A stretch of DNA of 27,850 nt from a virus (Duplodnaviria; Heunggongvirae; Uroviricota; Caudoviricetes). Shown here in pieces: positions 10,543 through 18,233 of the stretch. A program made the position numbers and the translations under genes. The stretch is from IMG/VR virus record IMGVR_UViG_2734482779_000004, positions 1 to 27,850 of that record; one strand, 5' to 3'. Position 1 is the first letter of the stretch; every line of letters begins with the position of its first letter. Below the pieces are notes generated by a model. The model saw nothing but the letters and a program-made list of their open reading frames with translations, searched no databases and was not told the origin of the DNA.

Positions 10543-11073
10543 TCACACCATTCCGGGCAAATACATTTGCACTTCATTTGCCGCTCTCTCACGTGCAACA
10601 TGAAGCAATCTTTTTCGCCCACCAACGCCCCACTTAGCCATTTGGCTTGCGCACTGGCTTATCGCTTTGGTTTCAGTATTGATGATGTGATCGATTCTAT
10701 TCAGACGGGACATTGCGCCAACGCCGAGACGGACGACCGTTTTGAAAACTTCATAAACTTCGATTTCAAATTCCGGCTTAATCCATGCTGCATATCTGAT
10801 TGCCAGAAGTTCAACACCCCACACACCTGGTTCTGCACCACCTTTGATTATTTTAAGTGGTTGAATTTGTTCCAAAGTGCTTTTTTGCACTTTGGCCTCC
10901 AGTGCTTTTATGAAGCGTTTTATCTGCGCGCTACGCAAAAACTGGCTTGGGCGCTGTTGCTCTGTAGCCTCTCCATTTGCAACTGCTGCTGCATGGAGAT
11001 CGTTTAAGTTGTAGCGTCCATCCTCATCAACACGAACGGACACACCATTGACAATAACTATTTGGTGCTTCAT
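10543..11073 (-). CDS. KilA-N domain protein
   Basis: 176 aa. The N-terminal IVIVNGVSVRVDEDGRYNLNDLHAA pattern is the recognised KilA-N signature; the C-terminal 70 aa are not recognised. Confidence 0.6.
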   Translation of the reverse strand: MKHQIVIVNGVSVRVDEDGRYNLNDLHAAAVANGEATEQQRPSQFLRSAQIKRFIKALEAKVQKSTLEQIQPLKIIKGGAEPGVWGVELLAIRYAAWIKPEFEIEVYEVFKTVVRLGVGAMSRLNRIDHIINTETKAISQCASQMAKWGVGGRKRLLHVARERAANEVQMYLPGMV

Positions 11074-11220
11074 CGGTGATTACCTTTTAGTGATGAACCT
11101 TGTCACACAGGATTCCGGCCCACAGAAAGGCACCGATTACCAAACCGGCATCCTCAAGGGTCATCCTGAAAGGTTCTGTGTTCATAACTCGCGCGTGTGA
11201 AGCGCGTTTACTGCGGACAT

Positions 11221-11246
11221 AAAAAAGCCCCGCTTCTGCGAGGCAT
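11221..11246 (-). terminator. Rho-independent terminator downstream of Rz
   Basis: Minus strand GCCTCGC-AGAA-GCGGGGC hairpin (one mismatch) followed by TTTTTTAT, about 40 nt after the Rz stop. Confidence 0.4.
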
Positions 11247-11286
11247 TTTCCTGAAAGTCACTTGTTAAATTTCAGTGCAATTAAAA

Positions 11287-11724
11287 TTATTTTAAGCACT
11301 GCGTCCTAATGTACTCCTGCAAGTAGTTAACCTGCGCGGTTATCCTGTCGATTCCACTTCGGAGACGGTAATAATTGAGTTCAGCATCTGCTGTAAGTCT
11401 TGGGCTTTCTCCATCGCCCATGCCGCTGGCTCTGGTCGTTGACTTTGCACAGGTGGCAGCGACTTGCAGGCGCTTACGCCCAGCAGAAACATCAGCACGG
11501 AGACTTTCGATAGTCGCGTTAGCATCAGCAAGCTCCTTTGTGTATCTGGCGTCGAGTTCTGCTACATCACGTTGACGCTTCTGCATGTCAGCGATGATGG
11601 ATGCGGCCTTATCGCGCTGCTCTTTGTAGGCGATAGCGTTATCACGGTAATGATTAACAGCCCATGACAGACAGACGATGATGCAGATAACCAGAGCGGA
11701 GATAATCGCGGTGACTCTGCTCAT
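11287..11724 (-). CDS. Rz: Spanin, inner-membrane subunit (Rz)
   Basis: 145 aa with N-terminal TM segment ([20 protein letters not shown]) and a coiled-coil periplasmic domain; directly follows the R endolysin and contains an embedded +1-frame lipoprotein ORF. Confidence 0.85.
   Translation of the reverse strand: MSRVTAIISALVICIIVCLSWAVNHYRDNAIAYKEQRDKAASIIADMQKRQRDVAELDARYTKELADANATIESLRADVSAGRKRLQVAATCAKSTTRASGMGDGESPRLTADAELNYYRLRSGIDRITAQVNYLQEYIRTQCLK
11340..11525 (-). CDS. Rz1: Spanin, outer-membrane lipoprotein subunit (Rz1), embedded in Rz
   Basis: Embedded ORF with lipobox LLGVSAC and a proline-rich mature region ([16 protein letters not shown]). The tabulated ORF begins at a TTG; the first ATG is at 11525. 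Confidence 0.75.
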   Translation of the reverse strand: MLTRLSKVSVLMFLLGVSACKSLPPVQSQRPEPAAWAMEKAQDLQQMLNSIITVSEVESTG

Positions 11725-12197
11725 ACCTCAATCTCTCTGACCGTTCCGCCAGACTCTTTGAATTTTGCAATCAGGTTGTCAGCCTTATGCTCGAACTGAC
11801 CGTAACCAGCCCCCGGCAGTGAAGCCCAGATATTGCTGCAACGATCGATAGCCTGACGGATATCACCGCGATCAATCATCGGTAAAGCGCCACGCTCTTT
11901 AATCTGCTGCAATGCCACAGCGTCCTGGCTTTTTGGAGAGAAGTCTTTCAGGCCAAGCTGCTTGCGGTAGGCATCCCACCAACGGGAAAGAAGCTGATAG
12001 CGCCCGGCTGCTGTTGATTTGAGTTTTGGGTTTAGCGTGACAAGTTTGCGAGGGTGATCGGAGTAATCAGTGAATAGCTCTCCGCCAACAATGACGTCAT
12101 AACCATGATTTCTGGTTTTCTGCCGTCCGTTATCAGTTCCCTCTGACCACGCCAGCATATCGAGGAACGCCTTACGTTGATTATTGATTTCCACCAT
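11721..12197 (-). CDS. R: Endolysin, lambda R-type lytic transglycosylase
   Basis: 158 aa, nearly identical by recall to lambda R ([51 protein letters not shown]...). Confidence 0.95.
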   Translation of the reverse strand: MVEINNQRKAFLDMLAWSEGTDNGRQKTRNHGYDVIVGGELFTDYSDHPRKLVTLNPKLKSTAAGRYQLLSRWWDAYRKQLGLKDFSPKSQDAVALQQIKERGALPMIDRGDIRQAIDRCSNIWASLPGAGYGQFEHKADNLIAKFKESGGTVREIEV

Positions 12198-12504
12198 CTT
12201 CTACTCCGGCTTTTTTAGCAGCGAAGCGTTTGATAAGCGAACCAATCGAGTCAGTACCGATGTAGCCGATGAACACGCTCGTTATATAAGCGAGATTGCT
12301 ACTTAGTCCGGCGAAGTCGAGAAGGTCACGAATGAACCAGGCGATAATGGCGCACATCGTTGCGTCGATTACTGTTTTTGTAAACGCACCGCCATTATAT
12401 CTGCCGCGAAGGTACGCCATTGCAAACGCAAGGATTGCCCCGATGCCTTGTTCCTTTGCCGCGAGAATGGCGGCTAACAGGTCATGTTTTTCTGGCATCT
12501 TCAT
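12181..12504 (-). CDS. S: Holin/antiholin, lambda S-type
   Basis: 107 aa beginning [22 protein letters not shown], the lambda S dual-start motif (Met1 antiholin, Met3 holin), with three TM segments. Confidence 0.95.
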   Translation of the reverse strand: MKMPEKHDLLAAILAAKEQGIGAILAFAMAYLRGRYNGGAFTKTVIDATMCAIIAWFIRDLLDFAGLSSNLAYITSVFIGYIGTDSIGSLIKRFAAKKAGVEDGGNQ

Positions 12505-12746
12505 GTCTTACCCCCAATAAGGGGATTTGCTCTATTTAATTAGTAATAAGGTCGATTACTGATAGAACAAATCCAGGCTACTGTGTTTAGTAATCAGATT
12601 TGTTCGTGACCGATATGCACGGGCAAAACGGCAGGAGGTTGTTAGCGCGACCTCCTGCCACCCGCTTTCACGAAGATCATGTGTAGAAGGCCGCAGCGTA
12701 ACTATCACTGATGAATTCAGGATAGCCAGTGGCTACGGCTCAGTTA

Positions 12747-12822
12747 TGGTGCTGGTTAACGGACTTGAACCGCTACCCATTCGCTTACAAGGCGACTGCT
12801 CTACCATTGGAGCTAAACCAGC
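12747..12822 (-). tRNA. tRNA-Thr (anticodon UGU)
   Basis: Hand-folded 76-nt cloverleaf on the minus strand: acceptor GCTGGTT/AACCAGC, D-stem GCTC/GAGC, anticodon loop CTTGTAA, T-arm AGCGG-TTCAAGT-CCGTT, discriminator A plus encoded CCA. Confidence 0.75.
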
Positions 12823-12827
12823 ATGTT

Positions 12828-12902
12828 TGGCGGGACAGCGTGGGCTCGAACCACGATAAGAAGGTTAACAGCCTTCCGTAATGACCTTTATACGACTGAC
12901 CC
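12828..12902 (-). tRNA. tRNA-Asn (anticodon GUU), slightly atypical
   Basis: 75-nt cloverleaf: anticodon arm GAAGG-CTGTTAA-CCTTC (loop identical to E. coli tRNA-Asn), T-arm CGTGG-TTCGAGC-CCACG, encoded CCA. The acceptor stem has one T-T mismatch and the D-stem is weak. Confidence 0.55.
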
Positions 12903-12965
12903 AAATAAAAAAAGCCACCGTTGCAACTTAAGAGTCACTAACGGCAGCTTACCTTCTAATTATGG

Positions 12966-13484
12966 CTAAATGGATAATTGCATGTCAAGGCTTTTAACAG
13001 CAACATGCTTAACTTTCTCAACACGTTTACGCATTTTGAAAGCATTTTGCATTGGCTGGTACAAAACAAATAACGACGCTTTCAGGATGTCGTCAATTTC
13101 GTTTCTACAGGTTGCCAGTGAAGGTTTTCTACATCCCTCGCCACCACGTCCACACATCTTGCGTGGCTTTGCAGTCGCGTGATAGTAGGATGCAATTGCT
13201 CGCTTAGATGAACCATGAGCGTAGTAGCTGAGGAGGATGCCAAAGGCTTTCTTGTCAATGTACATGACGGAATCGACGACCTGAGAAATCAACATTCCAT
13301 CATCATCATTACACATTGGCCTTGTCATAACTCTTCCCGGCTCTACGCTCTCCATGAACTTAGCTATTACGCTGCTCATGCGCTTTTCCAGACGACCTGA
13401 ATAAACCCATGCTCCCCACAGTTCAAGCCAGCCATTCAGCCACTCGTGCTGCTCTTTGGTGAGGTTTAGTTCTCTTATGCTCAT
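12966..13484 (-). CDS. Late-gene antiterminator Q (non-lambda Q type)
   Basis: 172 aa in the Q position (downstream of ninH, upstream of the lysis cassette) with a Cys-rich putative zinc motif CGRGGEGCRKPSLATC. Confidence 0.7.
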   Translation of the reverse strand: MSIRELNLTKEQHEWLNGWLELWGAWVYSGRLEKRMSSVIAKFMESVEPGRVMTRPMCNDDDGMLISQVVDSVMYIDKKAFGILLSYYAHGSSKRAIASYYHATAKPRKMCGRGGEGCRKPSLATCRNEIDDILKASLFVLYQPMQNAFKMRKRVEKVKHVAVKSLDMQLSI

Positions 13485-13669
13485 CGTCTTCCCCTCTTGC
13501 CCTGTTTGACCATCAGGACGCCGTTAACTATTACGTGACGCTCACCTTTGCTGTCTCGGTTGTACTTGAGCACTGTTCCTCTTGCACAGGAAAGCATCCT
13601 CGCCACTTCGGTCTGATTGCCTCGTGTCTGGATAAGAAGCTCTGGTATCGTTTGAATTGTGGCGTTCAT
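13481..13669 (-). CDS. ninH: NinH-like small DNA-binding protein
   Basis: 62 aa. TIPELL..T.GNQTEVARML.C.R.TV.KY....G.RH.IVNGVLMV resembles lambda NinH. The ATG overlaps the rusA stop (ATGA). Confidence 0.65.
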   Translation of the reverse strand: MNATIQTIPELLIQTRGNQTEVARMLSCARGTVLKYNRDSKGERHVIVNGVLMVKQGKRGRR

Positions 13670-14028
13670 GCGTTCTCCAGTTCGGTGATTTTTATTCCAA
13701 GCCTTCCGCCTGGAACTTTCACGCCACGAATTACGCGAATGTCATCGAATTGCTCGTCATCTTACGCAAATCCGGCGTGGATAAGGGAGTCGAGTAAACC
13801 TTTCAGGATGTTGTCGAGGTCGCGGCGGCGGGAGTCTGGAACGTCTGCGATGACTTTGATGCGGAGTCGTGATTTGGTGAAAATATCTAACTTGAGTTGG
13901 TGGATGATTTGCTGGACGTCTTTTCGGTATTTCTGGCCTTTATCGCTTATGTAATATTGGCTTCCCCGTCTTCGCCAGTAGGTATTCACCGACGGCGGGT
14001 ATGGAAGCACAAACTGATATTCGTTCAT
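13666..14028 (-). pseudogene. rusA: rusA Holliday-junction resolvase interrupted by an in-frame TAA at codon 89
   Basis: The 88-aa ORF (MNEYQFVLPYPPSVNTYW...DSRRRDLDN...HAGFA) ends at TAA (13762-13764); the same frame continues DDEQFDDIRVIRGVKVPGGRLGIKITELENA to a TGA overlapping the ninH start. Total is 120 codons, the RusA length. Confidence 0.75.
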
Positions 14029-14315
14029 GACTTAATCTTCCCCTCCCTCAGCAGTATCGCCTGCGTTCTGATCACGCCTTCGAGGTGGTAAAGTCTGGCG
14101 TCTTTGTTGTCGAGATTATGGGTGCGTCGGTCGATTTCATCGTGACACGCACTACAAGCCCATGCACCGATCAGGTCGTCAGGCTTCATTCCCGTTCCGC
14201 AAATTCCAGCCATCCGGTAATGTGCCAGAACTGTAGTTTCAGGGTTGCCATTGCATACGCCGTAAATACGTACCTGGCATTCTCTGCCGCGCGCTTCTTT
14301 GCGTAGGTTAGCCAT
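14025..14315 (-). CDS. YbcO-like (DUF1364) putative zinc-binding nuclease
   Basis: 96 aa with Cys/His cluster (C..C, CSACHDEID) and position immediately upstream of rusA, as ybcO is in DLP12-type nin regions. Confidence 0.6.
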   Translation of the reverse strand: MANLRKEARGRECQVRIYGVCNGNPETTVLAHYRMAGICGTGMKPDDLIGAWACSACHDEIDRRTHNLDNKDARLYHLEGVIRTQAILLREGKIKS

Positions 14316-15037
14316 TAAGCAGCCTCCCCTGTTACTTTCAGCATTCCGTTATCGAGCAGCTTTCTGGTCAGCCACTGTTGACCACGCCCGGTGATTTTTG
14401 TGGTGAACGATATCTGTATTCCGTGATTTGTGTTGAACGCTGTTTCTTTCACTGTGAAATAGCCGCGATCCATATATTCCTGCATTGGCACATTGCGCCA
14501 GGAACCTGAAGCAATAAGGATTTTGTGATCGCGCATCCACGCAAACAGTTTGTTTGGACCAATTCCAACAACCTTTGCAAAGTTTCCAATCAAAATTCCG
14601 CTGGCCTCGCCAACGCGATCGGCAAACTCAACTTTAGGTGCGGCAATTGCGAGCTGGTTTTCCAGTTGCATTTTCTGCTCAGCAAGGTCAGCAGCAAGGC
14701 GCAACGCTTCCGGTAGAGTTTTGGGGATATTAACCGCAGCGTCTTCAAGTTCTCGCCAGCGGTCAACAAGGCGAGCGGTGAATTCCGGCGACAACTGGGC
14801 TACAACAACAATACTATCTCGCTTACCTTGTTCGCCTTCGAATACGTAATGCTCGTACTGAACATTGAATCCTAAGTTATTGATTCTTTCGGAAACCTCA
14901 ATTTGAGGAAGCCGGATAACACCATTTTTAGCCAGCGTTTCGATGGTACGTTTCACATTGTCATTACGCTTACCAACCAACTCAGCGATTTCAATGCTTG
15001 TCATTTTGATGGCATTGCCATTTATTAACTCATTCAT
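14315..15037 (-). CDS. Rha-family regulatory protein / antirepressor-like
   Basis: 240 aa; N-terminal Rha-type region (MTSIEIAELVGKRNDNVKRTIETL) and a C-terminal Ant/KilAC-like region. Confidence 0.7.
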   Translation of the reverse strand: MNELINGNAIKMTSIEIAELVGKRNDNVKRTIETLAKNGVIRLPQIEVSERINNLGFNVQYEHYVFEGEQGKRDSIVVVAQLSPEFTARLVDRWRELEDAAVNIPKTLPEALRLAADLAEQKMQLENQLAIAAPKVEFADRVGEASGILIGNFAKVVGIGPNKLFAWMRDHKILIASGSWRNVPMQEYMDRGYFTVKETAFNTNHGIQISFTTKITGRGQQWLTRKLLDNGMLKVTGEAA

Positions 15038-15198
15038 CGTCTTCTTCCTCGTACATTGAGCTATTCGGATCGCTCATCAGTTCTGCGCAGCAATCGGAGC
15101 ACACGTGAACTTCCAGCACATGCAACTTCTGACCGCAATTAGCGCACGTTAAAGCCCGCTAGACGCTTTCTTTCTGGTATTGAAGGGATTGTGATGGG

Positions 15199-15546
15199 CT
15201 AAGCATTATTAGCGTCCTGCATCAGGAGAAAGACAATCATGGCGGCGCGGAGAGGTCTGGTATCAAATATTGGGCTTACGCCATTTGCATCCACACACCA
15301 TTCAGTTAACTGGTCTAAGATAGAAATCCTGTGTTTCTCAATAATCGGCCATGAGGCACTCGGATCATTGCAGTAGTCAGGTAAAGGGTTTAATGGCTCA
15401 AAAGTTGTATCAGCATTTCCGTAATACCATTTGTTGGTGTTATTCCCTGACGTTTCCGGTTTACATGCCCAAAGGCCTTTAAAAATTATGTCTCCTACCA
15501 TTCTGTTAATTTCAAAATCACTTAACTGTGAATAATCCATTGTCAT
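15199..15546 (-). CDS. Phage protein (DUF2591-like); start reassigned to an internal ATG
   Basis: The ORF track gives 127 aa from 15582. The ATG at 15546 ([14 protein letters not shown]...) overlaps the ninE stop as ATGA, so it is the likelier start (115 aa). Confidence 0.5.
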   Translation of the reverse strand: MTMDYSQLSDFEINRMVGDIIFKGLWACKPETSGNNTNKWYYGNADTTFEPLNPLPDYCNDPSASWPIIEKHRISILDQLTEWCVDANGVSPIFDTRPLRAAMIVFLLMQDANNA

Positions 15547-15719
15547 TTCCTCGCACGATGTCTTAGCCACCGGATATCCCACAGGTGAGCCGTGTAGTTG
15601 AAGGTTTTTACGTCAGATTCTTTTGGGATTGGCTTGCGTTTATTTCTGGAGCGTTTCGTTGGAAGGTATTTGCAGTTTTCGCAGATGATGTCGGTGATAC
15701 TTCGTCGCTGTCGTCTCAT
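15543..15719 (-). CDS. ninE: NinE
   Basis: 58-aa ORF below the track's length cut-off: [58 protein letters not shown]. Its ATG overlaps the ninB stop and its stop overlaps the next gene's ATG. Confidence 0.7.
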   Translation of the reverse strand: MRRQRRSITDIICENCKYLPTKRSRNKRKPIPKESDVKTFNYTAHLWDIRWLRHRARK

Positions 15720-16126
15720 TCGTACCTCCTGTCGGTAAATCTGACACCCTGACCAATAGCCCAGGCTGTTGTGTACTCGATCAGACTTGCCATGCGCTTC
15801 ACGCTCATCTGCGCGCTGCTTTCGCGAATGTTGACGTATTCGCCTTCAAGGCCGGGCAAAACATCAGCTTCCTGCTTTGTTGCCACTGCATGACCGCTGA
15901 TCAACAAAACCTTCCATTGTTCTGGTTTTAACCATTTATCGCACCATTGAACCTGACGAGCGATATCCGCCAGCATCGCGTGAAATTTTGCGTTCTGGTC
16001 AAGATTTCGCTTGTAGTCAGTAATGCGGATTGTGACTGGCTTGTCTTTATCGAGTGGTGTTGAGAGGATGGCATTTATTGCGGCTTGCTGTTGTTGCTTA
16101 CTTCGGAGGAAGATTGTTTGCTTCAT
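15716..16126 (-). CDS. ninB: NinB (recombination protein, Orf family)
   Basis: 136 aa. ...[30 protein letters not shown] matches lambda NinB (RSLDQNRKLWACLGDVSRQVEWHGRWLDAESWK). Confidence 0.85.
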   Translation of the reverse strand: MKQTIFLRSKQQQQAAINAILSTPLDKDKPVTIRITDYKRNLDQNAKFHAMLADIARQVQWCDKWLKPEQWKVLLISGHAVATKQEADVLPGLEGEYVNIRESSAQMSVKRMASLIEYTTAWAIGQGVRFTDRRYE

Positions 16127-16128
16127 CG

Positions 16129-16434
16129 TTACTCCTTCACTTTGATTCCAGATGCGCGGAGAATTTCGATAATTTCTCGAGATTCAAAACATGGGACAGC
16201 ACCGGCCCAGAACTTTGTGCTCGGAAGTGTTATCTCAGGTTTGTTTCGCTCCATCTTACTTATGATTTCTGCTGCACAATCGTGAGCCTCCCTAAAACTC
16301 CTAGCCTGCCGAAGAAAGTCTTCGCTCCTATCCCTTTCAGCCTCCAGGTCTCTGCGACAATTTCTAAGCTCCAATTCAAGCTCACATATACGCTTTCTTG
16401 ATTCGTCCATATCAATCCCCGTTAGTCGTTTCAC
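16129..16434 (-). CDS. Hypothetical nin-region protein
   Basis: 101-aa ORF, same orientation, packed against ninB. Confidence 0.4.
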   Translation of the reverse strand: MKRLTGIDMDESRKRICELELELRNCRRDLEAERDRSEDFLRQARSFREAHDCAAEIISKMERNKPEITLPSTKFWAGAVPCFESREIIEILRASGIKVKE

Positions 16435-16633
16435 TCACGAATCTGACAAAACCAGCCATGTTAATTTGCATGAGTTTTTTCAACACTTTGTCTCGCCGGC
16501 TACGTTTTGGTTTTGGCCTGTGGTTGAATCTTTCACAAACTGGAAGGTTTGATGATTTCCAGTACCTATTACGCCTTGCTCCATCTTCCGCCATATCGGC
16601 ATGAATAAGGTCTGCGAGTGTGCTCATATTCAC
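16412..16633 (-). CDS. Hypothetical nin-region protein
   Basis: 73-aa basic ORF overlapping the next gene's start by 23 nt. Confidence 0.3.
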   Translation of the reverse strand: MNMSTLADLIHADMAEDGARRNRYWKSSNLPVCERFNHRPKPKRSRRDKVLKKLMQINMAGFVRFVSETTNGD

Positions 16634-16641
16634 CTCTCCAG

Positions 16642-16824
16642 TTACATTGGTTTTGTAATGTTGCTAGTCATCTTGCGAATAAAAAGATGCGTACGTAGCT
16701 TTGCTTCCCACATGTAAATCTCCTCAAGGCGAGATAAATCTACGAATACCGGACCTTTGTAATCTGGTCTTGATGCCCTTATGTATGAGCTAATAGTTTG
16801 TGCATCTTGCTCGTCAAGATTCAT
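16642..16824 (-). CDS. Hypothetical nin-region protein
   Basis: 60-aa ORF in the same gene chain. Confidence 0.3.
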   Translation of the reverse strand: MNLDEQDAQTISSYIRASRPDYKGPVFVDLSRLEEIYMWEAKLRTHLFIRKMTSNITKPM

Positions 16825-17017
16825 GACTTCCCTCTCTAACAGATTTCAGGTTATTCCACTCCGTTACCGCACTGCGATAATTCGCGGCCGCCACAGCGGC
16901 GTGGTTAGCGCAGTAGATTTGGCACCCGTTCTCCATGTCGAATATTGTCGGTGATTTTCCGCATTTACATTTTTTGGCACGCGGTGCGTCTGAACACATT
17001 CCGTTAACGGTGTCCAT
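16814..17017 (-). CDS. Hypothetical Cys-rich small protein
   Basis: 67 aa with C-x-C and several further cysteines (KKCKCGK...CQIYCANH); first gene after the tR2-like terminator. Confidence 0.35.
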   Translation of the reverse strand: MDTVNGMCSDAPRAKKCKCGKSPTIFDMENGCQIYCANHAAVAAANYRSAVTEWNNLKSVREGSHES

Positions 17018-17046
17018 CAGGATCCCCCTCGTTCTTAATCCAATAA

Positions 17047-17081
17047 AAAAGGGCTACTGTGTAAATAGCCCCTGTTATTAG
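17047..17081 (-). terminator. Rho-independent terminator (tR2-like) between the replication genes and the nin region
   Basis: Minus strand GGGCTA-TTTACACAG-TAGCCC hairpin followed by TTTTTTATT. Confidence 0.55.
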
Positions 17082-17098
17082 CTCAGTGATGTAGATGG

Positions 17099-17389
17099 TC
17101 ATTGCCTTACCTCCATAAGCGCCCTATTAATAAACGCCGTCATTGGATTTGCACATCCCCACCCCTTACCATCTGGATTTCTTTTAATTGGCTCCTTCTT
17201 CACTTTGCGTTTTGCATAAATAACCGTCTTCCACTTACGCTCAACAACACTCAAATGTCCTTGTTTCACCATATGCCTTGCTGCTTGAGCGATTCTGTTA
17301 TTTTGTATTCCGGTGATCAGTGCTAATTCATGTGGGGAGAATTGTTCATGAGTTTTCAGATATTCCAGGATGATTTCTTTTCCAGTCAC
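17099..17389 (-). CDS. Hypothetical HTH-containing protein
   Basis: 96 aa with HTH-like segment (FSPHELALITGIQNNRIAQAARHMVKQG); overlaps the loader gene stop by 4 nt. Confidence 0.45.
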   Translation of the reverse strand: MTGKEIILEYLKTHEQFSPHELALITGIQNNRIAQAARHMVKQGHLSVVERKWKTVIYAKRKVKKEPIKRNPDGKGWGCANPMTAFINRALMEVRQ

Positions 17390-18231
17390 GATCTGCTCCT
17401 GTAACTATCCCATGTAAACGCAAGAGTGCACCCGCCGCCATCATTCATCCTGTCAATAACACGCTCACCAATGAATGCAGACAGTTCATCTTTGCTCTGG
17501 TTGCTAATCAGGATTGTTGGCTTCATGCGCTCGTAGCGGGTGTTGATGATTTCGAACATGATCATCTTTTCCGCCTCGCTTCCAAACTGCACACCAACCT
17601 CATCGATAATTAGCAGGTCAGGTTTAGTGAACTGTCGGATCACTTCATCCTCTGTGCGGGTGGAGTTTTTCGACCATGTTGATTTATATTCTCTGGCAAT
17701 TTTCAGCGCCGTTGTGAAAATAGCTGAGCTTTGATGTTCCGTAATTGCGTGCCGGGCGATAGCCAGTGCAAGATGATTCTTTCCAGTACCAGGCTTTCCA
17801 CACATAACCAGCCCACCGCCTTTCTGTAACCTCTCAGGCCATTTGCTGGCGTATGCCTGACACACCCTGAGCACTCTCTTTGCATCGTCGTTGACTGGCT
17901 CGTAGTTCTGTAGTGTGCAACCCTTGAATCGTTCAGGAATATCAAGATTATTCAACAGAAACTCGACATTGCGCTTACGTGATTCTTCGTCGATTTTAAT
18001 CTTCTCTGCCTGTAGCCGAATAAGCTCATCTCTCATGCATTCCGGGCATTCGCTAGGTCTTGAGGCAAACTTAATTGGCCCAGTCGAGTAACGGTTACGC
18101 TGCTCAAACTCACCATGTTTTTCACAGATGCCAGTGCCAATTTCTACAGCTGTATGCTCGATAGCAATTGGCGGAGAACTCAATTCTGCAAGTTTTTTCT
18201 CCAGTTGGGAGATCTTTTCATCCAGCGTCAT
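17386..18231 (-). CDS. Replication helicase loader, DnaC/IstB-like AAA+ ATPase
   Basis: Walker A (CGKPGTGKNHLA) and Walker B (LLIIDEVG). Likely start is the second ATG at 18231, which has AGGAG 6 nt upstream (the track ORF starts at 18249). Confidence 0.85.
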   Translation of the reverse strand: MTLDEKISQLEKKLAELSSPPIAIEHTAVEIGTGICEKHGEFEQRNRYSTGPIKFASRPSECPECMRDELIRLQAEKIKIDEESRKRNVEFLLNNLDIPERFKGCTLQNYEPVNDDAKRVLRVCQAYASKWPERLQKGGGLVMCGKPGTGKNHLALAIARHAITEHQSSAIFTTALKIAREYKSTWSKNSTRTEDEVIRQFTKPDLLIIDEVGVQFGSEAEKMIMFEIINTRYERMKPTILISNQSKDELSAFIGERVIDRMNDGGGCTLAFTWDSYRSRS

Positions 18232-18233
18232 GT

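Noticed and set aside
12905-12950. Hairpin CCGTT...AACGG with a T7 run just downstream of the Q stop, considered as pR' or a Q terminator
   Set aside because: The loop is 17 nt and no convincing -35/-10 pair with 17-bp spacing was found; the pR'/qut position could not be assigned confidently from sequence alone.
15033-15161. Cys-rich frame (CANC...CSDCC) between the DUF2591-like gene and rha, ending in a TGA that overlaps the rha ATG
   Set aside because: The frame opens immediately after a TAG with no ATG/GTG/TTG upstream of the first Cys pair; only a 15-codon ATG-initiated peptide is possible. Probably a relic or chance frame.
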